From a virus (Duplodnaviria > Caudoviricetes): a stretch of DNA of 62,838 bases. The position numbers were made by a program, and so were the translations under genes. Positions within the stretch are counted from its first letter, which is position 1; each line of letters begins with the position of its first letter. The notes beneath the pieces were generated by a model that saw only the letters and a list, made by a program, of their open reading frames with translations, was not told the DNA's origin and did no database searches. This document shows, piece by piece, positions 45,602-54,428 of this stretch. The stretch covers positions 1 to 62,838 of IMG/VR virus record IMGVR_UViG_3300042444_000200; one strand, 5' to 3'.

Positions 45602-48600
45602 TCAATACGCTGGGCCGTACTGCCCGTACCCGTACATGCGGGCGGCAGAGACCGACTTGAGCACGCGGGACAGTCGCTCGACCTCGTCTGGGCCCATGCC
45701 CTCGCCAGCCCCGTTTGCTGCTCTGTTTATGGCCTGTTCCCCATCCGCACCGCCAAGTTGAGGTGCGGCCGCTGCGGCTTCCTCGCCAAAAACAGATTCG
45801 CCGTAATCGGCTTCGGGCGAGCCGCCAGCCGCTGCGGGCTCGCTCTCCTGTGGTGCCGGTGCCGGTGCTGGGGCTTGGCGGCGGGGCGGAACGTCTTGGC
45901 TGGAGTCCCCAAACACCGCGTCGTTGTAGGAAGAGGGCTCTGTCTTGGCATCCCTCTCGCCGAGAACCATGCCAGCGATTGGCGGCACGGCGGCGATGCC
46001 AGCGATCCTTGCGACATTCCCCCACCGCTTGTCCTTTGGCCCAATGATCCGGTCGATCAGGGTAGGGCCCGGAGGCGGCTCCGGGAGGTTGGGGTCAAAT
46101 GTGACCACATCCTCATCTGTCGTGGGCAATCTTGCAGTGTTGCCGTCCTCGTCTACATACGGCTTCATCCAGTCGGCGTCTTCTTTGAACTTTGGTTCGT
46201 CGCTGACCTGCCGGGCGCGGACTGACGGAATATGGGTCGTGCTGGCGGCTGGGGCTGGCGGCGGCACGGGCTTCGACTCTTTCGTGCCGTCTACGACGCG
46301 AGGCTTCCCGTTAGACGAAGTGACCACGCCCTCTGGGGCGGGCTTTGCGGCAGTCGAACTGCTCACCCCCGACATCCGGCCCGTGCCGGGAGTCAACTTG
46401 GCCGGGCCCTTCGGAGGCGGCGTCACCTCAGTCGTCAGTTCGCCAGCCGAGTCTTTCATGTGATCCGGGATCGGCGGGAAGACCTCGCCGTCTTCGCCGG
46501 GCACGTTGTCGCCCTCGACAACATCGCCGGGCTTTCTTCGCTGCCTGATCGTCGTGCCAATGGGCGGCTTCGCTGGGGCCTCAAACGTGGTCGGGCCATT
46601 GGTCTTTCGGAGTTCGGCACCCTTTGCGTCAATCGCGTCAAACAGTTCGAGGTCTGACAGTCCCTCGTGCGGTACGCCCCACTGCTCTGCGAGGTTTCGC
46701 ATCTGCTCGACGGGCGGTGCGTTGGCCGGAAGCGTGCGCGGGGCAGGCGTCGCAGCGGTCGCGGCGGGCTTCGCAACCTCTTCGGCGGGCTTCGCGGCTG
46801 CCTCGCTGGCGGCGGCTCGTGCGTTCGCTTGCTCCTGCGTCTGCTTCGCTACCTCCAGAGACTCCTTCTGTGCGGTCTCGAAACTTGACGCCGGGTTCGT
46901 CATGTCGATGGACTTCGGCGCGGCCGCGTTGGGCACCCACTTCTTGCCGACCAACTTGCCGTCTGCGTCAACGGCCTCTTGGCCGAACTGCTTGACGGCA
47001 GCGTCAACGCCCTTCTTCTTGATGAACCCCGTGATCTCGGAGTCGCCGGTCATGGCTGCGGGAACGGCCGTGAGATTGTCGGCGGCTGCGGGCGTCGGAG
47101 CAGGGGCCGGAGCAACCTCTGCCTGCGGGGCCGGTGCCTCGACCACAGCCTTCTTCCGCGAGCGGGGAGGCTTCGCCGCAGGAGTCGGCACGCCACCTTC
47201 AGGTACTTCTGCCAGCGGCCCGGCTGCTGGTGCCGGAGTGGCGGGGGTCTTTGCTTTCTCGGGGCTCGGGAACCACTTGTCCCAGTAGTCGTTCACCGCC
47301 CTGTCGCTGCCAGTGTTCATCGACTCGGTGAGGGCCTTAGCAAACGCATCGTTTCGTGCGATGTCGTCGGCCGACTCCGAGCGAGTCACGAGTTCGCCGG
47401 TCTGAAGATTCTTCTGAAGAGGGGTCGTTCGCTTGGCGTCTGGGCCGCGAACATTGTCCGGCACCGGCGGCAGTCGGCTGGCGTCTTGGGATGTGCCGGG
47501 AGAAACAATCCCCGCAGGGTCTGTCTCTGTCATCGCCGGAGCGTCGCTTGCTGGCCGCGCTCCGCCTGTTGCTGGGCCGACGCCCAACTTTCTTGCATCT
47601 GTGCCAAGAGTTGTCCGCAGTTCACGCAGTGCCTTGTCAGTAGCCTTGCTCGCGGCAACGCGGTCATCAAGCGAGCCAGCCGCTGGCGTTGCTCCTCCGG
47701 CGACGCGCCCTTCTTTGCGGATGGCGGCATCCAGCGTGCGGGACATCTCCGGCGTCCACTGGAGATTGGGCAGGCCCTGAGACTTGCGGTACTTGTTGAT
47801 GTAGGTCTCGACTCGGGCAATCGCCGACTGGACGCTAAACCAGTTTGTGTTCTCCTCAAGCCGCGACGCCATTTCCAGCATCGTGCGGAACGCCTCTTGC
47901 GGGTACTTGAGGCTTCCGTCTGCTGCGTCTTCGGTCAAGACCTGATGCGTGACGGGGAGTCGCCCGCGCTGGTCGGCCGCGACGAGTCGGCCAATGCGGC
48001 TTGAGCCCCGACCGCTTTGTGAAGAGAACCCCGACTGCGTTTGGCCTTCGACGAGGTTGCCGTCCTTGTCAACGACCTCGCTGCCCTTCGTGGCGGTGCC
48101 GCCACCCTCGCCCATAGCAATCCCGCGATTGTAGTCTGCTGTCGAAAGGTCGTACGGCTCCATGTCAAAGCCCGGCCTCAGCCGGTACAGACTCTTCGAG
48201 CCATTCTCCAAAACGTCCTGCTTGCGCATGGACTGGCTGCTTTGCCAAGACCGAGCCCGCTCCATGAGTTCCTTCGTGGGAGCGCCATCTCCGCCTTCGC
48301 TGCGCATCCGGTCGGCAACCTTGTGTGCAATCTCCTGCTGCTGGGTGATGATCGAAAGACGCTGCAACTTCGCCTCTTCGGGCGACATGTCCTCAAGTTG
48401 GCGTAGCGTCTGGATTTCTTCGGCAGTGAATAGGCCGCCGTGCGAAATCGGGTCAGACATGATGTTGTGGGCATCGTCCGGCGAAGCCTCTATCGCTGAA
48501 TCAAGTCGCACCTTGCTTTCCGACAGGGCGTGATTGAGGAGGTCTTCGAGGTCGGAGGTCTTCTGTCCGTCGCGAGGCAGGTTTCCGGTTGAAGCAAGCG

Positions 48601-49273
48601 CCTTGCGGATGTCGCCGGGCAACTCTCCCTTGTTGAGGCGGCTCTTTTCCGGCTCGTTCACATCGACGTACTTGCGCTGCTCGTATTCGGGGGTGGAGTA
48701 GTCCACCTTCTCGCGAGATCCATCTGCTCGAACGTGCTCGGTCGTGATCTTCGGCGACGCCTGCCGCTTGCGATTGCCAACGCCCGCTGGAGATGGCTCG
48801 CCAATCTGCGGATCATCCTTGCCGAGTTGCAAAACATCACTGCCGGGCTCGCCGTCGTCCAACTTATCGACTGGGACTTCCACGCCTTTCTTGGCCTTGC
48901 GGACTGCCTCGAACTCCGCCGCCCACTTCGCGTTCTCGCTGGCGGCGTTCTCGACGATACCCTTCTGGATTTCAGGCTTGAGGGATCGGAAGGCTTCCTG
49001 CCCCGCCAGCGTGTGCAGGTCGTTGCGGAGAGCACGCACCCGTGCGGCAGAGTCGCCCATGTTGGCTGTGTCAACTGCCTGCTCAAGAGCCTGCGTGCGA
49101 ACGGCAGGCTCTGCGGCGGCTTTCGCCTTGCCTGCGCTTGGGTTCACTTCGAGTTCGAGCGCAGACTTCGGAACAATGCGCGTTGGCTTTGTCGGCTTCT
49201 TGCCGGAACGCGCAGCGTTGATACCCCGAAGGGCCTTCTCGGCAGAGGTAAGGTTCGAGAACTTGTCAGCCAT
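45602..49273 (-). CDS. Putative internal virion protein, largely low-complexity
   Basis: 1223 aa, Ala/Pro/Lys-rich, no Cys, one hydrophobic segment near the C-terminus. Confidence 0.65.
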   Translation of the reverse strand: MADKFSNLTSAEKALRGINAARSGKKPTKPTRIVPKSALELEVNPSAGKAKAAAEPAVRTQALEQAVDTANMGDSAARVRALRNDLHTLAGQEAFRSLKPEIQKGIVENAASENAKWAAEFEAVRKAKKGVEVPVDKLDDGEPGSDVLQLGKDDPQIGEPSPAGVGNRKRQASPKITTEHVRADGSREKVDYSTPEYEQRKYVDVNEPEKSRLNKGELPGDIRKALASTGNLPRDGQKTSDLEDLLNHALSESKVRLDSAIEASPDDAHNIMSDPISHGGLFTAEEIQTLRQLEDMSPEEAKLQRLSIITQQQEIAHKVADRMRSEGGDGAPTKELMERARSWQSSQSMRKQDVLENGSKSLYRLRPGFDMEPYDLSTADYNRGIAMGEGGGTATKGSEVVDKDGNLVEGQTQSGFSSQSGRGSSRIGRLVAADQRGRLPVTHQVLTEDAADGSLKYPQEAFRTMLEMASRLEENTNWFSVQSAIARVETYINKYRKSQGLPNLQWTPEMSRTLDAAIRKEGRVAGGATPAAGSLDDRVAASKATDKALRELRTTLGTDARKLGVGPATGGARPASDAPAMTETDPAGIVSPGTSQDASRLPPVPDNVRGPDAKRTTPLQKNLQTGELVTRSESADDIARNDAFAKALTESMNTGSDRAVNDYWDKWFPSPEKAKTPATPAPAAGPLAEVPEGGVPTPAAKPPRSRKKAVVEAPAPQAEVAPAPAPTPAAADNLTAVPAAMTGDSEITGFIKKKGVDAAVKQFGQEAVDADGKLVGKKWVPNAAAPKSIDMTNPASSFETAQKESLEVAKQTQEQANARAAASEAAAKPAEEVAKPAATAATPAPRTLPANAPPVEQMRNLAEQWGVPHEGLSDLELFDAIDAKGAELRKTNGPTTFEAPAKPPIGTTIRQRRKPGDVVEGDNVPGEDGEVFPPIPDHMKDSAGELTTEVTPPPKGPAKLTPGTGRMSGVSSSTAAKPAPEGVVTSSNGKPRVVDGTKESKPVPPPAPAASTTHIPSVRARQVSDEPKFKEDADWMKPYVDEDGNTARLPTTDEDVVTFDPNLPEPPPGPTLIDRIIGPKDKRWGNVARIAGIAAVPPIAGMVLGERDAKTEPSSYNDAVFGDSSQDVPPRRQAPAPAPAPQESEPAAAGGSPEADYGESVFGEEAAAAAPQLGGADGEQAINRAANGAGEGMGPDEVERLSRVLKSVSAARMYGYGQYGPAY

Positions 49274-49276
49274 TCG

Positions 49277-49606
49277 TCACTTCTTCTTCTTGAATGGGAA
49301 CGGCTTCTTGCCCTTCTTGAACTTGCTCTTGTCAGGGTCAGCCTTGCTGTCCTTCTTCTTGTCTGCCTCTTCGTGCATCTTGTCGCGGAGTTCGGACGGC
49401 AGTTCTGCCTCGTCGGACGGATCGTCCTTGTGCGGCTTCTTGCCGTGACGCTCTGCCATCAGGTCGGCAGTGTCCTCGTTCTCTGCGTCTTCCTCTTCGC
49501 GAGCCTTGTCGCGATTCGCCTTCTTGTTGTCGTCGCTCTTGAGCAGGGCCTGCTTGAGCAAACGCTTGAGGGCGGTTGGCTTGATGTCGTCGAGGTCAAA
49601 CTCCAT
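49277..49606 (-). CDS. Small highly charged protein
   Basis: K/D/E-rich with a KKGKKPFPFKKKK tail. Confidence 0.7.
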   Translation of the reverse strand: MEFDLDDIKPTALKRLLKQALLKSDDNKKANRDKAREEEDAENEDTADLMAERHGKKPHKDDPSDEAELPSELRDKMHEEADKKKDSKADPDKSKFKKGKKPFPFKKKK

Positions 49607-49615
49607 GTCTCTCTC

Positions 49616-50194
49616 CTATCCAAGTAGTCGTCGAAGAATGTCGAGTTGCGCCTTCTGTCGTGCCGCGTTTATGGTTGCGCCAGCCTGCTGTCCTGCAAAG
49701 CCCTTCGCCCAGTTGGCTTGGTCAAACATGTGCTGCAAGACGCCCATCTGCTGGGCCTCCTGCTCGCGTCCAAACTGGAAAGCAAGGCGAGCCTGAGCGT
49801 TGTTCATTTGGTCTTGGGCCTGAATGCCAGCAGAGTCTGCGCGGCCTTGCGCGAGCGCCTGCTGCTGCCCGACCTGTGCGAAGTAGTCCGTCCCCCTTGA
49901 GGAACTGATGCCATTGCGAGCCATCTGCTTCTGGAAGATTCGAGGATCGCCCATCATCTGGGCCTGCCCCATGCGGTTGTTCACCGCAGTCTGGGTCGAG
50001 TTGGCGGAGATGTAGTTCGGCTCCTGCCAAGTTGACTGAGACGAAATGTTTGTTCCGCCGTTGAGGCCACCAAGAGCGCTTCCGCCCTTTGGCATTGACT
50101 TTGGTGCGGCCGGAGCGGGGTTTGGCCCAGCACTGCCGGGAGCCAAAAGCACAGGCGGCGACGATCCGGGATTCATGGAGATCACTTGAACCAC
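49616..50194 (-). CDS. Putative internal virion (pilot-like) protein
   Basis: Gln/Ala-rich, ARNGISSS motif. Confidence 0.6.
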   Translation of the reverse strand: MVQVISMNPGSSPPVLLAPGSAGPNPAPAAPKSMPKGGSALGGLNGGTNISSQSTWQEPNYISANSTQTAVNNRMGQAQMMGDPRIFQKQMARNGISSSRGTDYFAQVGQQQALAQGRADSAGIQAQDQMNNAQARLAFQFGREQEAQQMGVLQHMFDQANWAKGFAGQQAGATINAARQKAQLDILRRLLG

Positions 50195-50754
50195 CCCCCC
50201 ATTCCAGATATTCCGCGAATGCCTGCGGCGGCAATGCCGGAAGCAAAGCCAATGTTGTTTGCCTCGATCTGGGCGGCGAGTCCCTGCTGCGAGACGCTTC
50301 GGTCGGCCATGTCGCCGTAAATCTTCGCGAGATTCCCTAGACCCGAGAGAGAAGACTCCGACCGCTTGGCCTGCTGCGCCATCTGCATTTGCTGGTTCTG
50401 GGCGTCAATGCCGCGACCGATCTGGGCCGCGTCGTTCAAAGACGTTGAGCGAGCGAGGGCGGCAATGTTTGGGTCAGACGGATTGCCGGTGTTGAGCAGT
50501 CCAGAAAGAACTCCGCCCTTGCCGATGCCTGCCCCGACGTTGATGCCAGACTGGTAGTTGACGGCAGTGGGTGATGGCTGTGAACCGGCGGACGGGGTGC
50601 TTGGAGATGCCTTCGGTGCCTGCGGCTGTGCCCCCCGTCGCGGCTGCGACATGGCATGCTGGACGTTTGCGTTGTGGCGCGCAATCATCCCGTCGTTGGA
50701 CAACTGGCCCATCAGTCCATAGACGCGCTTATTGTCGGGGCTCATGCCTGCCAT
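50182..50754 (-). CDS. Putative internal virion protein
   Basis: Gln/Gly/Ala-rich; CCATAA motif upstream. Confidence 0.6.
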   Translation of the reverse strand: MAGMSPDNKRVYGLMGQLSNDGMIARHNANVQHAMSQPRRGAQPQAPKASPSTPSAGSQPSPTAVNYQSGINVGAGIGKGGVLSGLLNTGNPSDPNIAALARSTSLNDAAQIGRGIDAQNQQMQMAQQAKRSESSLSGLGNLAKIYGDMADRSVSQQGLAAQIEANNIGFASGIAAAGIRGISGMGGWFK

Positions 50755-50802
50755 AGGGTTTCTCCGACAGGTTTATGGCCTGATCGCGGGAGAAACAGGC
50801 AC

Positions 50803-51258
50803 CTACGGCAGGGCTTCCGGCCACTTTGCGGCCCGAGCGATAGCCAGCCGGATCAGCGTTTTCCCGGCCAGTTCGACGTACGGGAGTTTCCTCTTGGCGG
50901 CCTCCTCGCCCAGCCAAGTGGAGATCAGTTCCACGTTGTCGCGGCACCACTGGAGGCCCTTCAAATCCATCTCTCGGGCTCTGGCGTTGCACTTACAGGT
51001 GGGCGATGAGGTTATGCCTATCCGCTTCAGCATTCCCTTCATCGCCGTCCCTGCGCCACGAGGAGGCGGGGGCTTGGGTGGGCCGTAGACCTCCGGCTTG
51101 GCAGCCTTCGCCGGGCGGGGCTTCGGGTAGGCCGAGTGCTTCTCGTCAATCGTCCACTCGTCCCCCTGCTTGGAGACGACGCATGGCATGACGTCGGAGA
51201 CTTTGTACCCGCGCTCGGCACAGCGGGCGAACAAGTGCTTCTTGTGACAGGTGATCAT
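50803..51258 (-). CDS. Small Cys-containing protein coupled to the Cys-rich gene
   Basis: ATGA overlap; CKCNARAREMD...WCRDN. Confidence 0.75.
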   Translation of the reverse strand: MITCHKKHLFARCAERGYKVSDVMPCVVSKQGDEWTIDEKHSAYPKPRPAKAAKPEVYGPPKPPPPRGAGTAMKGMLKRIGITSSPTCKCNARAREMDLKGLQWCRDNVELISTWLGEEAAKRKLPYVELAGKTLIRLAIARAAKWPEALP

Positions 51259-53627
51259 GGGAGTGGGTTCTCCGCGACTCGGGGTATGCAGGTGGGGCGT
51301 CCGAATCGCAGAGGCGCTGTCGGCGGTTCGGCAGCGGGTGCTGGGCCGGTAGTGCAGGCGGCCCCCAAGTTGCTGCCTTGACTATCACTGTTTGCGAAAG
51401 CCATCACGTTCGGGGCCTCCTCCCACTCCTTCTTTCGGCAGTTGAGCGCGAACATGCGATACCGAAAACGAGTCACAGTGGAGAAGCCTATACAGCACTC
51501 ACTGTTCGCCTCACTGTTGGTCTCGGAAACATAATCAGACCAGCCGGTTAAGCGAGCACCTTTGGCGCGAAGATCATCCAGCGGGGAGCAGTCGTTATTT
51601 TCGCAGAAGTAGTCCAGCGTACCCCCCTGCTCCACTCTATCGAAAGTGTAGTAGTCCGACTCGAATCCATTGAGAGGGCTGGGGCCACAGTGGGTAGGGG
51701 CGTCCGGTCGCTGCTGGCCGCAGGGGACGCCGTTTGCCACGCAGTATGTCCCGCCGATCCCCGCGCAGTCGCACCCGCAGGTCGTGTCGAACGCCTCGCC
51801 CGGCTCGTAGAACGTACCGCCCCACTCCTTGCACTGCTTGCGAGAGACGTACGACAGGCCGTACTCGGTGCAGCACCCGCCGATGCAGAGTTCGACGCAC
51901 TGGCCGTTACAGCATTCGCCCGTTGCAACGAGGGAGGTCTCCGTTCCGGGCCGACCATCCTCCCAGCATTGGTTGGTTCCGGGTTTCGGAACCTGCCCAT
52001 CTTGGCAGCAGCCATGACCCTCGAAGTATGTGTCAGGTGCGTCGCAGCCGCAGTCCGAATCGACCACGCACTCCGGTTTCACGCAGTTGCCGCCACAGGT
52101 GTCTTCGTCGTACGGGCCGTTGTCGTCGGGCACGCACTGGTCGTCAACGCAGGCGTACTTCTTGGGCTTGTCGCAGTTGCCGCCGCAGTCGTCTGTGTCG
52201 TACTCGCCGTCGGGGTCTTGGACGCAGGTCTTCGTGCCGTCCCCGTTGTCTTGGCAGGTGTACGCCTCCTTGCAATCTTCGGGGGCACCATCGAGGCAGG
52301 CGTCTTCGCTGTCGTACGGGCCAGAGTCGCCCGACTCGCACGCATCAGGGGCGGTGCAGTACCAGTACACCTTCGCACACGCCGCCTCCTTGCACGCCAC
52401 ATCGTCGTCGTACGGCCCGCCCTTCTCCTCCGTGCCAGCAGGGCAGTTGCCCTTGTAGCAGTTGCGTTCGCCGTTGCTGTCCTCGCAGCAGTAGTACTTC
52501 TCGCACTCGGGTTCGCAGAGGTCTTTCGTGTCGTATGGCCCGCCAACCTCGTTCTCCCCGTAGTACTCGCACTCGTCATCTCGGCAGGTCTTGTTGCCGT
52601 CGCTGTCTTCGCAGCAGTAGTACTTGACGCCGCAGTCTGTGGAGCACTCGCGGGGCGTGGAGTACGGCCCGCCAGCCTCTGTCTGGTCGGGAGGGCACCC
52701 GTACTTGTAGCAGTCCTTGTCGCCGGAGGCGTCCTCGCAGCAGAAGTACACAGGATCGGGCGGGCACTCGCCGTCGCAGTCGGGCGTCTCGTACTGGTTG
52801 AGAATCAGGGAGGGGTCGATGGCGTCGCTGAACGCCACGCACTCGTAGCCATCGACGGGGTACGGAGTCTTCTGGGCGCAGACGTAGTAGACGGGGCACT
52901 GACTATCACAGTCGGTCTCGTCGGTGTACACGCCGACCGTAGTCGTGCCGTTCGGGCAGCGGCCGGGATGGCACGACCGCTCGCCAGTGGCGTCTTGGCA
53001 GCAGTAGTAGAGCGTCTTGCAGTCGTCCGCGCACTCGATGTCGTCGATGTACGGCCCGCCAACTTGGTTCTCGCCGTAGAACTCGCAGCCCTCCTGTCGG
53101 CAGGTCTTTACGCCATCGGCGTCCTCGCAGCAGTAGTACTGCGTGTCTTTGCAGTTGTCCTTGCAGACTTGCAGGTCGGTGTACGGCCCGGTCGGGTCTT
53201 CTGTACAGTCGTATGTGTCAGTGTTGCATTTGTAGTGCGTCACCTTGCACTTGTCGTCGCACTCTTCTGGCGTGTCGTAGACCCCGTACTGAACGTAGCC
53301 AACACCGCACGGAGTGGAGTAGCAGTCCCGGTCGTCAGGGTCGCTGGCTGGCCCGCAGCAGTAGTACTTGTCGGGCGTGCAAACCGCAGCACACTCGGCA
53401 AGGTTCTCGTAGGGCCCGGCCGGGTCTGGCACGCAAGTGTACGAAGAGGTGTCGCACGAGTACCGCTTGCACTTTTCGTTGCACTCTTTCTCGGAGGTGT
53501 ACGGCCCGGAGGGGTCTTGCGTGCAGTCCTGCGTGGCGGGGTTGCACAACCACTTCGTGCAGCAGCACGAGGCGACGAACCCGGCAGCCCGGCGCAGCAG
53601 CCCACTGGCGTTGCGTGCAAGGGGCAT
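51255..53627 (-). CDS. Cysteine-rich repeat protein (tail region)
   Basis: 13 tandem Y.C(C)...C...GPY....C...C units plus a Cys-rich C-terminal region. Confidence 0.85.
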   Translation of the reverse strand: MPLARNASGLLRRAAGFVASCCCTKWLCNPATQDCTQDPSGPYTSEKECNEKCKRYSCDTSSYTCVPDPAGPYENLAECAAVCTPDKYYCCGPASDPDDRDCYSTPCGVGYVQYGVYDTPEECDDKCKVTHYKCNTDTYDCTEDPTGPYTDLQVCKDNCKDTQYYCCEDADGVKTCRQEGCEFYGENQVGGPYIDDIECADDCKTLYYCCQDATGERSCHPGRCPNGTTTVGVYTDETDCDSQCPVYYVCAQKTPYPVDGYECVAFSDAIDPSLILNQYETPDCDGECPPDPVYFCCEDASGDKDCYKYGCPPDQTEAGGPYSTPRECSTDCGVKYYCCEDSDGNKTCRDDECEYYGENEVGGPYDTKDLCEPECEKYYCCEDSNGERNCYKGNCPAGTEEKGGPYDDDVACKEAACAKVYWYCTAPDACESGDSGPYDSEDACLDGAPEDCKEAYTCQDNGDGTKTCVQDPDGEYDTDDCGGNCDKPKKYACVDDQCVPDDNGPYDEDTCGGNCVKPECVVDSDCGCDAPDTYFEGHGCCQDGQVPKPGTNQCWEDGRPGTETSLVATGECCNGQCVELCIGGCCTEYGLSYVSRKQCKEWGGTFYEPGEAFDTTCGCDCAGIGGTYCVANGVPCGQQRPDAPTHCGPSPLNGFESDYYTFDRVEQGGTLDYFCENNDCSPLDDLRAKGARLTGWSDYVSETNSEANSECCIGFSTVTRFRYRMFALNCRKKEWEEAPNVMAFANSDSQGSNLGAACTTGPAPAAEPPTAPLRFGRPTCIPRVAENPLP

Positions 53628-53629
53628 GG

Positions 53630-54427
53630 CTACACCGTGCAGTCGGTTACGGGGATGTCAATCGGCCCGGCAGATTCTGCGGGCGAGCCAAGCACATAGC
53701 GGCTCTCCCGCTTGAAGGTGAGCGCGCCGCTGCTGTCTAGGACGTCGTAGACGTACTCCATCTGCTCAAGCGGAATCGAATCATCGACCTCTGCGCCCAA
53801 GCCAAAGCCGAACATCGTGCGCTTTCGCAGCGTGAGACGCTCGCCATCGATAGAGATGCCGGTGATGACTTCGATGGTTTCGCCCTTCGGCTTGATGGTG
53901 AACTCAAGGCCGTTCCGATCCACCCCAAAGACCTTCTCGTTACTGCTCTTGACGTTGAGCCTGCGGCCTCGAAGGGTATTGCTCTCGAACGTGGCAACCT
54001 CGCCGTTGCCCCCGCTGCCGTTGAGCGAGACTCGCGGGCCATCGACTCGAATGAACGGGCCAGCCGAAATGGAAAAGGAGTTGCGGTAGACGTTGGTGTT
54101 CGTCGGCTGGAAGGGCTCGCGGAGGGGGCGATCCTCTGTCTCTGGAGCGGGAGGTCGGCGGTCGTCCTCTGCACGCTTCTCCTCCTGTGGCGGCCGGATG
54201 CGTGGCATCTCGCCGCTGATCTGCTCTAGGTTGGGGAAGCGGTACTTGCGGAGTTCCGGCGTGACGAACTTGAAGTCGGGCGGCGTCGCGTCAACGGACA
54301 CGGGGCCGCGATGGATGAGTGCTTGTGAGCAGTTGCCAATCGCTGACATGGCACTGTTGGCTGCCAGCGGGTTGATCCCGCCGTCGATGAGTGCCTGCTC
54401 TAGGCGAACCGCCTGCTTGGTAAGCAT
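53630..54427 (-). CDS. Putative tail protein
   Basis: Follows the tail nozzle gene; beta-rich C-terminal half. Confidence 0.6.
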   Translation of the reverse strand: MLTKQAVRLEQALIDGGINPLAANSAMSAIGNCSQALIHRGPVSVDATPPDFKFVTPELRKYRFPNLEQISGEMPRIRPPQEEKRAEDDRRPPAPETEDRPLREPFQPTNTNVYRNSFSISAGPFIRVDGPRVSLNGSGGNGEVATFESNTLRGRRLNVKSSNEKVFGVDRNGLEFTIKPKGETIEVITGISIDGERLTLRKRTMFGFGLGAEVDDSIPLEQMEYVYDVLDSSGALTFKRESRYVLGSPAESAGPIDIPVTDCTV

Positions 54428-54428
54428 G

